The notes under the pieces are model-generated. The model saw only the letters and a list, made by a program, of their open reading frames with translations, searched no databases and was not told where the DNA came from. Shown here one piece after another: positions 61,612-64,000 of a stretch of DNA of 64,000 nt. The DNA comes from Picochlorum sp. SENEW3. Its lineage: Eukaryota. Within the stretch, counting starts at the first letter, position 1. Each line of letters starts with the position of its first letter. The translations under genes were made by a program, and so were the position numbers. The DNA lies in contig CP120455.1 in the NCBI GenBank assembly GCA_034226945.1, positions 558,001 through 622,000 of the forward strand, in the 5' to 3' direction.

Positions 61612-62448
61612 TTACTGTTTCAGTACCCGTGCAAGTCCTTTGGCAGAGCATTGATATGTTGCCAAGACATTGATTTCTGTGACTTGTACATGAGGAGGCC
61701 TTGTTGCAGCATACAAGACATTGTCTGCGATATCTGCGGCTGTCAATGGATGAATACCCTCATATACCTGATCTGCCTTATCCTCATCTCCTTTATATCG
61801 TACAACACTAAACTCTGTCTTCACAGCACCAGGAGAGATTGCAGTGACCCTAATATCTGTGTCCACAAAATCATGTCTCGCAGCTACTGTAAGAGCATCC
61901 ACGGCATGTTTCGTCCCACAATATACCCCTCCTTGCTTATATGATTCATGTGCAGCAACAGATGATATGTTTATAATGTGCCCAGAGTTTCTCTTCTTCA
62001 TGGAGGCAGAGACAACCTTGGTCAAGGCAACAACAGATGTGATGTTTGTATTGATCATTTGAATTGCATCCTCAATGTCCACATCATCCGTGGTATATGC
62101 ACCCAATGCCAATCCCGCATTATTCACAAGAATATCAACATCTCTAAACTCTCCTGGAAGAGTCTCTGGAAGCCTGACAAGCTGTTCTGTATCCCTGACA
62201 TCCAATATAATACTGTGCACAGGGACTGTTGGATAGGTTTGTTGAATATCCCGTTTCAACGCTTCCAAACGATCAGCTCGTCTTGCTAGGATGATGAGTT
62301 TACATCCTGCATCTGCAAATCTCCAAGCACAGGCTTCACCAATGCCAGAAGACGCCCCTGTGATTAGGACAACCTTGTCCTGGATGCTGTAGGGCTTGTA
62401 AGGCTGTCTCACAGAACTGCCCAGCTGTTGCGATTGTTCCTCAAGCAT
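61612..62448 (-). CDS. NADP-dependent short-chain dehydrogenase/reductase (YdfG-like)
   Basis: Motifs TGASSGIG, LVNNAGLALG and YCGTK. Confidence 0.92.
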   Translation of the reverse strand: MLEEQSQQLGSSVRQPYKPYSIQDKVVLITGASSGIGEACAWRFADAGCKLIILARRADRLEALKRDIQQTYPTVPVHSIILDVRDTEQLVRLPETLPGEFRDVDILVNNAGLALGAYTTDDVDIEDAIQMINTNITSVVALTKVVSASMKKRNSGHIINISSVAAHESYKQGGVYCGTKHAVDALTVAARHDFVDTDIRVTAISPGAVKTEFSVVRYKGDEDKADQVYEGIHPLTAADIADNVLYAATRPPHVQVTEINVLATYQCSAKGLARVLKQ

Positions 62449-62683
62449 TGCTGACGATGCGTGCCTTGTCTACCTTGACGTGTTTTAAATATGTAAATGT
62501 CCGTATCGATTGGACCAAGGGCGTCGTGTGGATGATCATCGCCCATCTAGAAGAAGCAGAGAGTCCGTAAATCAAACAATAAAAAACAAGTAGAGATCCC
62601 TTCAAGGACAAACTGGTTGATTTGTTTTGTCTTCCGCCATCGGACGTTGACTTCATCGCACATTGATTTTAATAGATTATAGG

Positions 62684-63220
62684 ATGAAAGGATTATATAG
62701 ACAATGCATGCGAGTAGGCATGCGTTGTATCGAAGCAGGTAAAGGAGGAAACAGTCTTGTCTCAACGCTTCCAGGCGAGTGGCACCTGGCCCGATCTTTT
62801 GCAGCAAAAGCGAATAAAAGTAGCTCTAGTAGTAGCAGTAAAGACGATTTCAGTGATAAAAAGGGGAAAATGCAGGTTTTGATAGATGCGCTCTCGCCCC
62901 CACAGACGAAGCGGGAGTTTACTGAAGAGGAACTGTTGGATGCGGCTGCAAGGGCCAAGGAGTTTAGTAGGCAGAAGATGAGACAGCATAGAGCATGGCA
63001 GGCGCAGTTCATGGCCAAGGTGAAGCTTCGGGATGCGGCTGTCGCAGCACTGCCAAACCAGAGGCTTCGAGATGCAGCCATGACGATGGATCTCACACCA
63101 TTTCCGTCTAATCGACAGGTGTGGGTGGAGACTCCTCCTCTAGAGACTGATGATTTGAAAACTATGGAGAAGGAGAGTTCTCGAAAGAGAAGACGGAAGA
63201 TAGGAACGAAGAATTTATAA
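62684..63220 (+). CDS. Mitochondrial ribosomal protein mL40-like
   Basis: Presequence-like N-terminus; AKEFSR..AVAALP..LRDAA..DLTPFP..ETPP. Start uncertain. Confidence 0.6.
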   Translation: MKGLYRQCMRVGMRCIEAGKGGNSLVSTLPGEWHLARSFAAKANKSSSSSSSKDDFSDKKGKMQVLIDALSPPQTKREFTEEELLDAAARAKEFSRQKMRQHRAWQAQFMAKVKLRDAAVAALPNQRLRDAAMTMDLTPFPSNRQVWVETPPLETDDLKTMEKESSRKRRRKIGTKNL

Positions 63221-63279
63221 GAGTTGCATAAGATGTTGTCATGTGACATGAGGGGACAATAGAAAAAAATGACTCGTAT

Positions 63280-64000
<721 letters not shown>

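Overview
Gene-dense eukaryotic DNA with short GT-AG (and some GC-AG) introns. Inference from gene content and compactness: a small-genome green alga, probably Trebouxiophyceae (Picochlorum-like). A housekeeping backbone (OGFOD1/Tpa1, SSRP1, Psf2, RecD2-like helicase, SPO11-2, MGST3, GRWD1, WDR3/Utp12, PPR, Nup50-like, SDR, mL40-like, PGM) is interrupted by accessory islands. (1) A ~15 kb island is bracketed by two ~1.1 kb direct repeats that each encode a helicase-associated (HA)-repeat protein. It carries a 5-exon ~2490-aa NRPS with the architecture acyl-ligase-T-C-A-T-Pls/PosA-type membrane terminus, divergently paired with a secreted tyrosinase. (2) A second cassette flanked by direct repeats holds a PAN/LamG-like gene and a RIO2-like fragment. 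(3) An intronless, virus-like segment contains an inserted Mutator element with ~100-bp TIRs that carries a Ulp1 protease. Other notable signals are an N-terminal RAMA-like (putative 6mA-reader) domain spliced onto SPO11-2, a Diedel/EF-hand fusion, a GPI-type acetamidase/formamidase, and abutting paired palindromes that look like hairpin-type transposon excision footprints with 3-bp duplications. All domain calls come from motifs recognised by eye; no database searches were run.
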